This document shows positions 44,049 to 59,196 of a stretch of DNA of 64,000 bases, piece after piece; positions within the stretch are counted from its first letter, which is position 1, and each line of letters opens with the position of its first letter. Origin of the DNA: the human T2T-CHM13v2.0 reference genome, Homo sapiens. The stretch lies in assembly GCF_009914755.1 (NCBI RefSeq), contig NC_060929.1, one strand, 5' to 3'. The notes under the pieces are model-generated. The model did no database searches and had not been told where the DNA came from. It saw only the letters and a list, made by a program, of their open reading frames with translations. The translations under genes and the position numbers were made by a program.

Positions 44049-47000
44049 TTTTAGAATAAGGAACTTGATGCTGTAGCTACGCAGCATCTCATTGCCAAAG
44101 GAGGGAAAAAGTCTTCAGATGTTGGAACCAATCTAAGGAGCCCGATACAAGACTGCTTGGGGGTTCTGAGTATACAGATAGGAAATATGGAGGAAAATCA
44201 GTCAAGGTTGAAAGCCCTGAATCCAGGGCAGCAAGCCATGGTTTAGAATATTCCATTCATTCAGCCATTCCTCCTGTGAACAGATACCTCTTTGCAGCCA
44301 TAGGATTTAATCTGAGTTTTTCCAAACCACCACTCTTCCAGGGCTATCAGAGTTAACTGATGCTTCCAGTCCAAACAGAAGCTTTCTTCATTTAATTATC
44401 ATATGCAACTCCAACTAAGGCTCTTTGTGTTCATGAAACAGCATTATAATTGACTGATCATCTCCAGCAAATGGGACAGAGGCTGAGCTTCTCAACAGCT
44501 CACTAATCCCTGGGATTATCTCAATTTAGCGACAAGGCAGTTAGTTACATTAGGTGGGATTGGGGAGCTCTCATTATCAGCCCAATTATGCCCTCTGTTC
44601 TGGTCCAGGCTTCCCTGTGTCACTAAGTGGTCCAGGAAATATCAGTGGGGTTCCAACCACAGGCGTCTGATTCCACAGTCCACACGTACCTCATTATATA
44701 CACTTCAGGGGTTACAACTGCGATTTTGGTGTCTTCACATTGTGTGCAGAAATCTGGTGCTGAAAATCATCTGATTGTAAAGATCTAATTGAGTACCTGA
44801 GATATTCCCCTGCCAATTTTGGACCCAATGAGAAGTTCTGGTTTAATTTATCAACCTTGGTTGGGTGTGGACAGGGAGCTTATTCACCTGATTCAAAAGG
44901 ATGGAGACTGGCGTTTTGTTTGTCTCTTATTGTTTGAAGCTATGTGTCTGCCCAGTGGGGTTTGGGAAAGGGAACCCATTTCTATACAATCTATCCTCCT
45001 CTGAGGCTGACATACTGGTCCCCACCCCCTCTGTCCCTTTTCCTTGGCAGCCATCTGAGGCTTTCATCCCTAATTTGATTGTCATAGCTAACACTGTCAA
45101 TCTGAAATCCAGTAGCATGTCTAATGCTGGCTGGACAAGGGGAAGGCAGGGGAAGGCAGGGGGAGGAGAGGGGGAGGCAAATTCATCTCAAGAAGTAGCT
45201 TTATGTAAATCGATCCTTTGGCCCGAAAGCTGGAGCCAAGCATTTGCTGATTAATTGGAGAAGCGTCCTTGTTCCCGTGTCTTCTTTAGAGAGATGGCCC
45301 AAATTGAGTCCTCTCTTCTTCACAAAGACATTCCCATGCCAAAAAGCTTTTGCAATTAGGAGATGAAATCTTGTGAGTGAGGGGGAGGTGGCAGGGGCAG
45401 GGGAACGTTTATGAAATTGTTCTGAAATGAAGTGTGTGCATTTGGCCTGCTCTGTGATTAATTGCTGACCTGGGCCCCCTCATTTGCCTCCTAGGTCTGT
45501 GGCCTGATAGCCTAGGTTCAGAGGCATAGTATCCCATAGGTGAAGATCTACTTATGTGATAATTAGCAAAAATTAAGGGGATGGGGAGTGTGCTTCTAAC
45601 ATGTTTTTCTTAAATTTATATTCTCAGTTACCACTTGGGCCCATTTCTGTTGGTGTCAGGAAGGAGGGGAGTGAGGCTGATTGATTCAACCTCTTTTCTA
45701 CATCCTCTTATCTTTTCCTGAAAAAGAAAGCTCAAATAAAATGGCAGATCCTCCACCAAGGTGGTCTTTTTTAACTCAGTAACTTGTCCCAGGGCCCTGT
45801 CAAATTTGACTTTATCAAAAAACCTAAAGGCAGAGTAGCTACCTGGGCACAGGAAAGAGTAAGTTTGGTTTTGGAAAGGTTGCTGGTTGCTTCACCATGC
45901 CGACTATGGGGAGGTTGGCAATGTAGTGTTTTATGATGGCTCTCTGACTAAATTATTAGCTTTGTGTAGGCAGGAGCATTTGCTCAGCATGAGGCCTGAT
46001 GCATAGCTTTAAAAAATTTAAGTGGATAAAAAAAATAAGTGAACATGATTTTATGCCATTGCTTGGTCCATGGATGACTGAGAATACATCTCAAGCTATG
46101 GGAATCTTTTTTTCCCCCAAGTCCAGTTTGTCCCTTTGGATTACAAAGAGCTCTGGCTGTCCTCCTCCATCCTTCTACCTCTACAACCCTGGTGGCATAC
46201 CATGCTTGAGAACTAATGCTCCTAGAACAGGCTTGTGAACTAAGGAGCCACAGATAAAGCCTTTGACGGGGAAAGGTTTAGTGAGCTAAGCTGAGGCGTG
46301 GGAATGAGCAGTTACAGTGGGAAGGTAGGCTAAGTGGACAGATAACTTGATTTTTCGGAATACAGATTAAACCTGGCCTGAGAGGGTACAATAGATTTGG
46401 AAAATGCATTCAATCCAGAAAAGGGCTGTGTGCCTGACAGCGTTTCATCTCCAAGAACAACTTCTCCCCTCCTCCTTTCTGAATTCTGGCACTCATAGAG
46501 ATTAGGATAATACAGATAATGAAGCTCAGGTACAGAAGGAGATACTTTAAGCAACAGCCTCCAGGAGATGTTAGAAGAGGGTCATTGGCAGTGAGGAAGT
46601 TCTGATGATCTTTGGGATAATCTACACTGTGATCTGACTCCTTCCAGGCAAATTGTCTAAAAGCTCTGGAAACCCTCCCAGAGGCTGAAGATGTACAGAA
46701 ATAAAGTTGAGGGTTGTAGTGAGGTGAGGAGGTAAGAAAAAGAGAGGAAGTCAGCGGGCTAAGGCACTGCAGTTTGGGAGAAGTTGAAGCCACTTCCTAG
46801 TGTCTACCCCACTGTAACCTTAAATGTTCAGCTTGATCATGAAGAAAGGATTCTTGGAACATTGCTCCGGATCTACGTAACCCTAACACTCTTTGTGATA
46901 TGGCACTAGAGTTCCTCTTATGTGGCCCACTCTGTTCCACCGAGGAAACATGAACATGCCAGGGCAGGGTGGGGAGGGGCTGTGCCTGGGCTGCGGCTGC

Positions 47001-47849
47001 CCAGAGGTTGGAGTTTGGCAGGCAGCACTGCAGCTCAAGGACATGGGACTTGTATATGTCTGTGCTTTCTTGTAACTTTTCAGAAGACCATTAAACAAGT
47101 GAAACCTCAATGGTAGAGGTGAGATGCTATCCTGGGGCCATCTGCTGATAAAATCAGTATGCTTCAGAAAAGCTCAAAATTATCTTCCACCAAAGCAGGA
47201 AAGCAATTCAGCAAGAGCTCAGCACCCTGAGTTGCAAAGCTGGCCTCCAGAAGCCCAGTAACGGATGAAATATATAGGAGCTTAAGCCATTAAGCTATGT
47301 TAATACTATAGAATGACGTTTCTCATCATGACCCCATGCGCTATTTATTGTTCCATTCAAAGCAATTACAGTTATTGCTAATAACTCACACCTGTGGATG
47401 TGCTGATATTGACTACAGGAGAATAGATGCTGTTCTCTTGCTTATTTATGTAAAAATGGATGCAGTTCAATAGATTTACACCAAGTTGGAAGTTAACACT
47501 AATAATTAATCCCAGACCTGCTTCTGGCCATTAGCCTGAAAGGCACTAGACAAGGGACATGAGCACTGGGAGGACCCAATGAACTGCAGAGATGAAATTC
47601 ATTAGTGACAAATGTGAGACTGCTGCCACTAGTCTCGTGCCAAATAGAATCAACTCCCCTGTCCCCAGCAAAGAGAAAAGGACCTCCAAGGTAGGAGGCA
47701 GGGGGGAAACTTCTAAAATGCTTCCTTTGTGTTTCTGAGACTGTTCATCCCCTATAGCCCAAGCCATACTTTTCTTGGTAACTCAACTCCTTGCCTTACA
47801 TGCCTGCTAGAAGTCGTGCCTATGGCCAAGACCCCAGGAGGCAGTGAGG

Positions 47850-48005
47850 TACCGTAGTGAAGGCACGGCTCAGGAGCCTAAAAGACCTCGGTGTGAACTC
47901 CAGCTTTGTCACTTGCTTGACTGGGCCTCAGTTTTTGCATCTGTATAATGCGGACCATGAAAATACCTACGTGCGGGAATTATTATAAAATAGTTAATGA
48001 ATTTC
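47850..48005 (+). mobile_element. MIR
   Basis: agacctcggtgtgaactccagctttgtcactt...gggcctcagtttttgcatctgtataatg. Confidence 0.7.
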
Positions 48006-49292
48006 GAGTTCATCACATGCTGTGTCCCTCATAAAAAACCAGCACTGGATAAGTACTGGTTCTTATCAGTACTTGCATCTGTTCAAGTCAGCATTCAACA
48101 CTGTGAGTAAAAGAAAAACCCTGCCTTCTTGCCCCACAGAATATTACAGAGGAACACTAAGACTGTAAAGCAGCAACTCCAGGTCAAGTTCAATATGAAA
48201 GAAAGTAGTAATTGGTTTCCATTTGGCCTGTCATGCCTCAAAGCTTTCCTGGGGCCTGCAGGGAGACTCTCTCTCGTGGAATCTACCACAATCTCCCAAA
48301 GATGGCAAAGATGGGAACACAGGTTAAAGCCTCCCAGCCCCTACGAGGCTGGTTGGAAAATGGTTGACTGTGCAGCAATTGCTGTGCAGAGGAGAAGTTG
48401 GCAGGAGACTCCCACAAAGAGAAGGGAAAAGAAGGGGGGCCTGAAGGGCGTCGGTGGGACAGTGGGAAGACACTGGGAAGTGGCCCCTGCCCAAGCACAG
48501 GATCTGGGCCAAGAGCAGAATGTTGGTCCAGCCACTTCTGTGCCGGCTCAGGGCAAGTCAAAGCACCCTTCTGCCTTTCAAAGGAGGCTGGGGTCTGGGT
48601 GAGCTTCAAAGGGGTCCAGAGCCGTGCAGGAAAAGCCATCATTATGCAAGGTGGGAATGGGAGGTTCATCTGTCACCACTAAAACAAATTCCTTAGTTGT
48701 GGCTACTCTCTTTGGAGAAGGAAATCCTCACAACCCTATTAAACCTGTCTTGGGGCTTACATTTCAATGAACCATCATCATTACTAGGGTGACCCAGGGC
48801 GTTAGGCATTGCAGGTCAACACTAAGAAAATAAGAAGACAGTCCCTGGGAGCGGACAAGTGGGGTGACAAGTATGATGTCACCTCTGCAAGCGGACCCAG
48901 CTGCTTGAGGCAGGACTCCTTGGATGTCTTTCCTCTTTTCCATCTCCAAACCCCATGGAGGAGGCTGCTCCAGGAGCCAGGGACAGACCAGAAAGTCAGC
49001 CTCTGAGTGCTGAGGGGCTGAGTCCATGAACGTGTGATCCCTTTAAAGATAGACAGATATAAAGATGAGAGAGAGAGAGAGACAGAGAGAGGGAGAGAAA
49101 GACAGTTAAAGAGGGAGACTGACACAGTGGGACAGAGACAATAAAACCAGAGAAAGCAAAAGAGAAATAAAAGTCGGAGACTGAAACACACATACACAGA
49201 GACAGTCATTTCACAGAAGAGACCGTGAAAGGAAGAGACACACAGAGAAAGATACGGATGTGAGGCAAAGAGAAAGAGGATGGAGACAGGTG

Positions 49293-49296
<4 letters not shown>

Positions 49297-49334
<38 letters not shown>
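49297..49334. repeat. (CA)19 microsatellite in a GA-rich tract (49045-49380)
   Basis: Direct reading. Confidence 0.95.
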
Positions 49335-49336
<2 letters not shown>

Positions 49337-50739
49337 GGGACATACAGAAAGAGACAGGCTGAGAGAACAAAAGGGAAAGGCCAAGCAAGTATGGGGCTGG
49401 CAGACAGAGGTTCTTGCAAAAGATCTTAGCATTTGGGCTTCCCCAGGATCTCCTCCTGAGATTCCTCTGGGGATGAGGACGTGCCATCCTCCCTGGACCC
49501 TGCACCGAGCTCAGGTCTCTGTGCTTCAGCCCAGCCTTGTCCTCTGAGACACCCCCCCACCTTTGCATCCAGCCAGAGGGGAGCTCCAGAACAGGGGAAG
49601 GTCGGCTGGGGCTTCCCCTAAGCTCCCATCTCCAGCAGCTCCAGTCCTTCCAGTCCCCCTCAGCTCAGAAGCCAGAGACAAGGTTTTGGCAGAGAAAACT
49701 TGTGGTTTCAAACTTTTTACATTACAAAGCGAGTTTTTAAAAGCTCCATAAAATTTCAAGGCACATACTTAATGTTCAAATTGCAGAATATATCGATTCC
49801 TGCCCATCCTCTAGTATCTTAAGTTTACCCAGAGGACCATTTTATTTAATTAACTTGGTGCTTTATTAATATAAATATTCTCCTATTGATCATAAGAGGG
49901 CCTGACAGGCACTCAAGCTGGGTATACATCACCTTCCCTCTGAGCAGCGCCACTTAGAGGAGTGGCTGGCTCGAAATCAAGAAAAGTGGCAGGAAGTGGT
50001 CCCCCGGGATGTCAGGCACAGATGAATCTATAGCATTTTTATGGAGGGAGACTTTTTTTTTTTTTTTTAAAGATCCAGCTCCTCTCTTCTCTTAAAGCAG
50101 AAAGCATATGGAAATGAGATATAAAAATGGTCCTGGCTTAGCATATCAATTAAGCATGTCAATACCTTAATTAAATCATTCAACGAATGAGATTTATACC
50201 AATGAATATGTTTTATAGTTATAATAGCTTTTTTGGCCACTGTTCAAAATGTCAAATAAATCGTGAAAAGGGGATTAAAAGAGGACATAATTGACGTTCT
50301 GAACTGTAGCCAGTTTTTTTCTTCCTTTCTTTCCCTTCATTCATGTGATTTTTGGAGAATGTATATAAAGTAATGGGGCCTATAATGGCTTGGCTTTGTA
50401 AGAGTCTTTTTATCCTTCAATTCTAATCCTTCTTATCAACTTTTCTAAGTCTCACACCATTGAACCTGCAAACGCCCTCACTTTCTTCTGGTCCTTAGAG
50501 CTTGCTTTTTAATAACATGCAACCAGAGCTCCCTGGTACACCCACAGAAAGGAGAAACAGCCTCCACCCTGACAAAAGCCCAAAGAAAACAGGGTATAAG
50601 GTTAAAAGACATTATGTGAGAAGGCTATTACCATAACATCCAAACATTTGGGTAAAAGTATTCTTAATCTCTTTTGTAAAAGTCAGGCTAAAAGCATATT
50701 TTCTCTAAATGAGTCAAGAAAGTAAAAATTCTGGCTTCT

Positions 50740-50808
50740 CTTTTCTTCTCCTACCCTTTTGCTCTTTCAGCTTTTCTTCTCCTACCCTTTTGCTCTTTCA
50801 GCTTTTCT
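50740..50808. repeat. Perfect 31-bp tandem duplication (2.2 copies)
   Basis: cttttcttctcctacccttttgctctttcag at 50740-50770 and 50771-50801, plus cttttct. Confidence 0.97.
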
Positions 50809-50919
50809 AAATCATTTATTCATCAGTTTATTTCTGTAGATAACCACAATTGTATTCCCTTAAGAACAGAAAACAAAGAGAACTTCTAGACAGGTGCAAA
50901 CCTAAAAACATAAAAAGTG

Positions 50920-51209
50920 GGCTGGATCTGGTGGCTCTTACCTGTAATCTCAGCATTCTGGGGGGCTAAGGCAGGAGGATCACTTGAGGTCAGAAGTTCA
51001 AGACTAGCTTAGGTAACACAGGGAAATCCCATCACTACGAAAAATAAAAAATAGCCGGGCATGGTGGTGTATGCCTATAGTCCCAGCTACTTGGGAGGCT
51101 GAAGCAAGAGGATCACTCAAACCCAGGCGTTTGAGGTTACAATGAGCTGTGATCATGCCACTGCACTCCAGCCTGGGTGACAGAGCGAGATCCTGCCTCT
51201 TAAAAAAAA
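50920..51209 (+). mobile_element. AluJ-like
   Basis: ggcaggaggatcacttgagg...gagctgtgatcatgccactgcactccagcctggg. Confidence 0.92.
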
Positions 51210-52022
51210 GCCCACAAAAAGCAAAGATGACAAGTACATGATGCTGGGCATTTGTACTACTGTTGTGGATCCCTTCCAATAAATCAGAGACAGAATGAAT
51301 GAAGCTATAAGCATTGCCATGTAGGTTCAGAGTTGTTATCTACAGTGATGATTGCCATAAAGAAAAAGAAAGAAAAGAGTATAAATTTCTTTGGGGCCTT
51401 CATGCAATATTTCACAAATATATTTAAAATCTTGGTTAAACGCTTGAGTTCTGAAACCTTAGCCAGGCCATTGGATGGAACATTGCCCCTAAGTGAGATG
51501 ACAGGAAGCAGGAAGTGGGCACCCCTTGGACTTCTGTGCTCTGTGATGTCCCTGAGGCTCTGGCCTATGAGGCTGTGTCTGTGGTCTCTCACCCTTTCAC
51601 CACTAACCCCCTCCCAGTTCCTGAGGAATGGTGGCTCCACACAGAGGCCCCGGGAAAAGAGAAGCGAGAATATTCATTCTCTGTGAATAGACATTTTGCA
51701 AAATAAGGCATACAAATGGCCAGAATATATACCTAAAAACTGCTCAACATCACTAATGCAAATTAAAACCACAATGAGATATCATACCCCAGTTAGAATG
51801 GCTATTACTAAAAAGTCAAAAAATAACAGATGCTGGCAAGGATGCAGAGGTAAGGGAGCACTTATACGTGGTTGGTGGGAATGTAAATTAGTACAACCTC
51901 TATGGAAAACAGTATGGTGATTTCTCAAAGAACTAAAAATAGAACTACCCATTCAATCCAGCAATCCCACTACTGGGTATCTACCCAAAAGAAAAGAAAT
52001 TATTATATAAAAAGATACTTAT

Positions 52023-52340
52023 GGCCTGGTACAGTGGCTTATGCCTGTAATCCCAGCACTTTGGGAGGCTGAGGTAGGCAGATCACCTGAGCTCAGGAAT
52101 TTGAGACCAGTCAGGGCAACGTGGTGAAAACTCATCTCTACAAAAAATACAAAACTTAGCTGGGTATAGTGGTATGTGCCTGTAGTCCCAGCTACACAAG
52201 AGGTGGAGGTAGGAGAATTGCTTGAACCTGGGAGGCGGAGGTTGCAGTGAGCCTAGATTGTGCCATTGCACTCCAGCCTGGGAGATGGGAGTGAAACCCT
52301 GTCTCAAACAAAACAAAACAAAACAAAACAAAACAAAAAC
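52023..52340 (+). mobile_element. AluS with (CAAAA)n tail, nested in L1
   Basis: Alu body splits L1 aaagatac...tgcacttgtatgtttat. Confidence 0.93.
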
Positions 52341-52770
52341 AATTGCACTTGTATGTTTATCTTAGCACTATTCACAATAGTAAAGATATGGAATCAACCT
52401 AAGTGTCCATTAATGGATGATTGGGTAAAGAAAATGTGGTATATATACACAATGGAATACTATTCAGCCATAAAAACGAATGAAATCATGTCTTTTGCAG
52501 CAACATGGATGGAACTGGAGGTCATTATTGTAAGTGAAACAAGTCAGACATGGACAAATTTCACAGGTTCTCACTTAGAAGTGGAAGCTAAACAATGTGT
52601 ACACATGGACATAGAGGAGAATGACAATGGAGCCTCAGAAGCGTGAGGGGTAGAAGGTGGCTGGATGATGAGAAATTACTTAACGGGTACAATGTACGTT
52701 ACTGGGGTGACGGATATCCTAAAAGCCCTGACTTCATCACCCTGTGATGTGTGCATGTAACAAAATTGCA

Positions 52771-53220
<450 letters not shown>

Positions 53221-53610
53221 TTAGGGAAGAGGACCAACACCCCAACTATTACTGATCCTATTAAAAAGGAAGCATCTTTTTTTCAGAACCCATAATTATC
53301 AACAAATTTTAGAGCTAAAAGATCCAACCATCTTGGTTTACAGATGAGAAAATTGAGGCTCCGAAAGAAAAAGGACTCGCCCAAAGTCATATAGCCTAAA
53401 GCAAGAACACAGGTCCTGACTGTGTGGAACACTCTGATCCTCCCTGTGTGTCTCTCTGCTGTATATAAAGAGGGCAGGGCGTGAGGGAAGTCTGGGTGGA
53501 GCAGCTGATCTGGCTAACTAGGCAGGTGCCCTCTCTCCTTGGCTACCTCTTTGCCATATGCCCTGTGACATTTGAATAGACAGTCCTCCTAGTGCTCTGC
53601 CCATAGTTGA

Positions 53611-53894
<284 letters not shown>

Positions 53895-53924
53895 TGAAAT
53901 GGATAGTCTTTCTAGATCCATGTA

Positions 53925-54735
53925 CCTGTCCATTCATCCAAATATTAACGAACATTTGTTAAACACCGTATGCCAGGCACAGTGTCAGGCAAAAGGCATA
54001 GGTGGGGAACATTATAGATCTTTGTTTATAAAGCTTATAGAATTGTAGGGAAGATAGACGTAAGAAAACAACTGTACAGATAAGCGTTTATACTTTTGTT
54101 ACGTGCTGTAAAGAAGTACAAGATGTTTGTATGATGGGAATATGCACAACAGGAGAGCTCAATGCGTGATAAGCAGTCAGAGGAAGTACAGCTTAAACTG
54201 AGAAGTGAAGGAAGAGTAGGAATTATGCAAGGGAAGGGTGTGTGTTAGTGGGGGACTGATGCAGCCGTTCTCAAAGTATGGTCTCTAGACCAGCAGCATT
54301 TGTATCATCTGGGAACTTGTTAGAAATGGGAAATGCTCAGATCTAATCTCAGCTGTTCTAAATCAGAAGCTCTGGGGTTGGGGCACAACTGCCTGTGCTT
54401 TAAATAACCCCTCCATGTGATGCTTATGAGCACCAAAGTTTGAGAATCCACTGGTGTAAAGCTTGCTGGGCAGAGGGGACACTGCACGAGGATTCTGAGG
54501 TGGCTGAGCACATGACATACATGAATTTGAGAAGCAGATGAAGGTGACTGTGGTTAGCATGGGCAGGGGAGGCTGTTGAATGAGAATGGGGGTAGTGGCT
54601 GAGTGAATGAGAATGGGAATAGCGGCTGATTAGGAGGACAGGAGGTGATGGGCAGATGGGATCTTATTTGGATATGATCTGAGGACGAGAAGGAGCCATG
54701 GAAGGGTTTCCAGCAGGAGAGAGTGTAGTTCTTCA
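53925..54735 (-). mobile_element. L2 fragment interrupted by MER5A
   Basis: cattcatccaaatattaacgaacatttg...tatgccaggcacagtg; gagccatggaagggtttccagcagg. Confidence 0.7.
54262..54453. mobile_element. MER5A, full length (~190 bp)
   Basis: TIR-like cagccgttctcaaa ... tttgagaatccactg; catctgggaacttgttagaaatg. Confidence 0.88.
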
Positions 54736-56190
54736 TTGACTGTTGATGAGAATCTCTAAGCCAACATCACTCAATCAGCAGACCAACAGGCACAGGTTTT
54801 CCTTGTGCTGATTTGAAGAGCCAATTAAAAAATAACTGATATTTCAGCTAATTCATATTTACATGTAAATTTTCATTTAAAAAGCCACAGACTGGCACTC
54901 TCTCACCATATGCCTCTTCCTCGTTCAGTTCTCTGCAGTGAGGGATAAGCCGTGAGTCTCCACATACACATAGGGCTGGAGATGAAAAGACAAGGAATTC
55001 ACAAGCAGCCAGGCTTCCTGGGGGTGCAAACCTGGTGTCCCTGGAAGCTGAAATTTCCTGTTCCAGCACAGTTTTCCCTGTCAGGGCTTTAGTTATTTTG
55101 GCATTTTCTGATGAGTTATAAACCTCTCAGCACCTGTGTTTCATTTGAGGTGAGAGCTGGATCCCATTCTCTAGATCAGAGGGCTGAGGCTTTGCAGCAT
55201 GATGCCAAGGTCACAGTAAGCCAGGGCATGACCCCTGACTTGCCTGCTCTTTGTTCTACCTGCTCGGGCAAAAAGAGGACACCTGTGGGGGCATGGAGTG
55301 AAGGACGGGGGCAGCAGGGTCTTCAGGAATGGTCCTTCTGCTGTGCATGCATGGCTGGAACACAAAGGCCTGTCTCTGGCCCTCCTGGAGGGCCTTGCCC
55401 ATCTTGTTCCTTTCTTCTCCTCTCTGTTATTGTCCCTGACCTCCCACTATGATCCCCCTCTACAATTCATAAAGATCAGAGAATCATGGCGGTCCCTCCC
55501 AGCACCTCGTTCACTGGTTTCTGAATTATTATTAAATAACCAAATGTAGAATTGTTTTGTCAAATGGGCATTTCCATAAAACCTTGATGTACAGAAATCA
55601 TCACACTGAAGCTTCTCTGATCGAAGTGGGGACACTGGGTGGGATGACAGGGGAACTGAGTTTGTTGAACCCCAGTAGCTTAGAGCACTTTGATGTATTT
55701 TGGACCTTACCAACCCCTTCAATTTACTACTGTGGAGGCTGAGGCATGAGGTAAATACCTTGTGTGAGGCACTTGGCAAAGTGGGAACTGAAACTGAGGC
55801 CCTGTTGCCCCTGTGTCCAGCGCCCTCCTCATTCTCACTCCGCTCCCAGAAGCTTAGAGATGTGCTGAGTAGGGGGAGACAATGAAGACTCAAAGTTTTG
55901 TTCGCCTGCACTTGCTGACTACCATGCCAACTTGGGGATCACACATTCTGGATTAAAAAAATAAACCTTTGTTTCCCTCCTGGACTTTTCTGCTAAGTTT
56001 GCTTCTGGTAGAAGACTGGTGAGAAGGTTCCAATGGGGGAAAATAAACCAAATAGACTAATTCTCCAGTCCTGATAATCAGTCTTTTGGTATTCACAGCA
56101 ACAAATCAGCTCCCCTCAGAGAGGCAGTTATAAAATATCAAAGCCTCTGACTCTCCTCTGTGGGGCTAATCCAGAAAACCTTACTTTAGA

Positions 56191-56196
56191 AATAAC

Positions 56197-56227
<31 letters not shown>
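56191..56227. repeat. (AAT)n microsatellite
   Basis: Direct reading. Confidence 0.9.
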
Positions 56228-56228
<1 letters not shown>

Positions 56229-56594
56229 CTCATTCATCTTTACTTATCATGTGCTAGTATGTTTCTAAGCCTTTTGGCATAGCCTTCAATGTCCCTTTCT
56301 GAATATAGAAAAAACTCCCAGACTTCACTGCAAAATGCTAATTCCAGCTCTGGGGACAAGAATGACGTCAGGAAGGTGAACTGCTATGGAGATCATACAT
56401 TTCTGATAGACATGTGTGTGCAATTAGAGAAAACCCAAACAAGAGGGATCAGGCCTCTGGTCTCTGGGGGAGGGCAGTTTGTGCCAGTTTCAGCAGCACA
56501 AGGACGCCCCAGGCTGCCACAGGAGTTCTAGACATTCCTGGGGTTTTCTCAATGTTACAAACTCACAGCCTTCTTTACAAAGATGGTGATATCC

Positions 56595-57221
<627 letters not shown>

Positions 57222-58550
57222 TATAAAATATGAGGAGTCATGGTTCAGGTCTGTACACAGACTCGGAGAGGTGAACACATCTACAGTGTGCTCATCTCAA
57301 CTTCAAAACATCAGAAGCAGGTACTGCTATTCTGGTTTTACATATATAGACACTACAGCTCAAATACTAGGCAACTTTCCCTAGGGTACAGGGAAAAGTG
57401 GTATTGGAATTCCACATGTCTGTCTGCCTCCAGAAACTCGTATACCCCTTGCTGAACCACAGCGTTTCCTTGGAGGAGCCTGGGTTAGCATGCCTGCCCT
57501 GCCTTTCCACCATCACCCATTTAGAAAGAAGGAAATATTTAGGCACACGTGGGCACAGAGATGATGTCTAGACTTTTTGACTTTGGAAAGAAGAAGGTGG
57601 TATCTCCCTGATTTAATATTACCAATCATTCTGGAGTGCCAGGAAGCAAAGCATTAAAGGAGGTGAACGCGAAAGAGATACGAAGATCTATTGAGGACTC
57701 AGCTGGAGCTGTAGAAACAGCAAGTCCTGAACTCTAATCATCAGCAAGCCCGAATTTCCACCCCACATTCCATGGAGTCTGCAAAATAGGGTAGGTGGTG
57801 TGTTTTTTCATAAGGAAGAGATCACATTCCTCTCCCCACCTTACCCAATATTTTAATGTTCAAGAAAGGAAAGAAGAATGAAAAGAAAATCTGAACATAC
57901 CGTACTATGCTATTATACTTAAAAATACAGTAAGGATTAAAACTGCCAGACCAAATTAAAACTAATGACTGGTTTGGTGCGACCCTTCCTTGCCTTTGTG
58001 TTGCCCATTGTCTCTAGCGATAAAGGAACATCACAGGCAATTTATTGGGAGCTATTCTCAAATGAATTGCATTTGCTGAGAAAAGCACATTTAGCATTTG
58101 GTGATTCATACATGGGAAACATTATTGCTCTGGAAAAGAGTTTAAAATAAGTGAGATTTAGAGCTCAGAGAACGAAAAAACAGAGAGTTTAATTTTCTTA
58201 AAATACCTGCATCCATTATGTGTTTGTGCATGACTGTGAATTTGAATGCAAGTGCATCAGAAAAGGTCTGCTGAGATCCCAAACCGTCACAGGGGTTACC
58301 TCTAGGTGGATAAGTGGCCTTGGGAGAAGAGGGTTTAGTGGGAATCTTCTATATATATATTTTTTTCCGAAATAGAGGAAAAGAAAAATTTCTGGCCAAA
58401 AACATGTACTTTGTAACTCTAGATATTTCTGCATTTTAAATCATTTTAATAATGAAGTGTTTATAGGTTATGTGTGTTTGAAAGTTGAAATTCAGGGAAT
58501 GATTGTATTTTTGAAGTGCCCTTTGTCCTTGGGAGCAAGGCAGGGATTGA

Positions 58551-58925
<375 letters not shown>

Positions 58926-59032
58926 TGACAGCAGCCTTTCTGCCCTACCTAGCCCTGTGTCGGTGCAGAGCCACAGCTTTGGGTCAGCTTGGAGGGGTAG
59001 TCTCAGCCATAAGGCCTCACACTGACAGGCTG

Positions 59033-59196
59033 ACCATAAGAGCCTAATTCCTTTCTATCCTTTTTCCTCTTCCACGTTGCTGGTTGATTGGTTGCAAATG
59101 TACCTAGATCCTCCCCAGTTAGAGGGCCTTTCTTTCTTATGTAGTAAAGTATAATCATGTATCTGCAAAGAAAAGGCCAGGAAGGTAGTGTGTGAC
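59033..59196 (+). repeat. Copy 2 of the local direct duplication, lacking 113 bp of copy 1
   Basis: Manual alignment: 7/101 and 5/56 mismatches, 7-nt filler ttcttat. Confidence 0.95.

Noticed and set aside
48038-48074. Overlapping short inverted repeats with gataag/cttatc
   Set aside because: 8-9 bp stems are expected by chance in 64 kb; no other support.
48802-49568. Cys/Val-rich and His/Thr-rich ORFs (also 8281-8645)
   Set aside because: Translation of (CA)/(TG) microsatellites.
50740-50808. 31-bp direct repeat as a possible CRISPR repeat
   Set aside because: Only two adjacent copies, no spacers, no cas genes, eukaryotic context.
51696-52646. ORFs resembling the L1 ORF2 C-terminus (also 16888-17094)
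   Set aside because: Fragments of dead, Alu-interrupted L1 copies; not functional genes.
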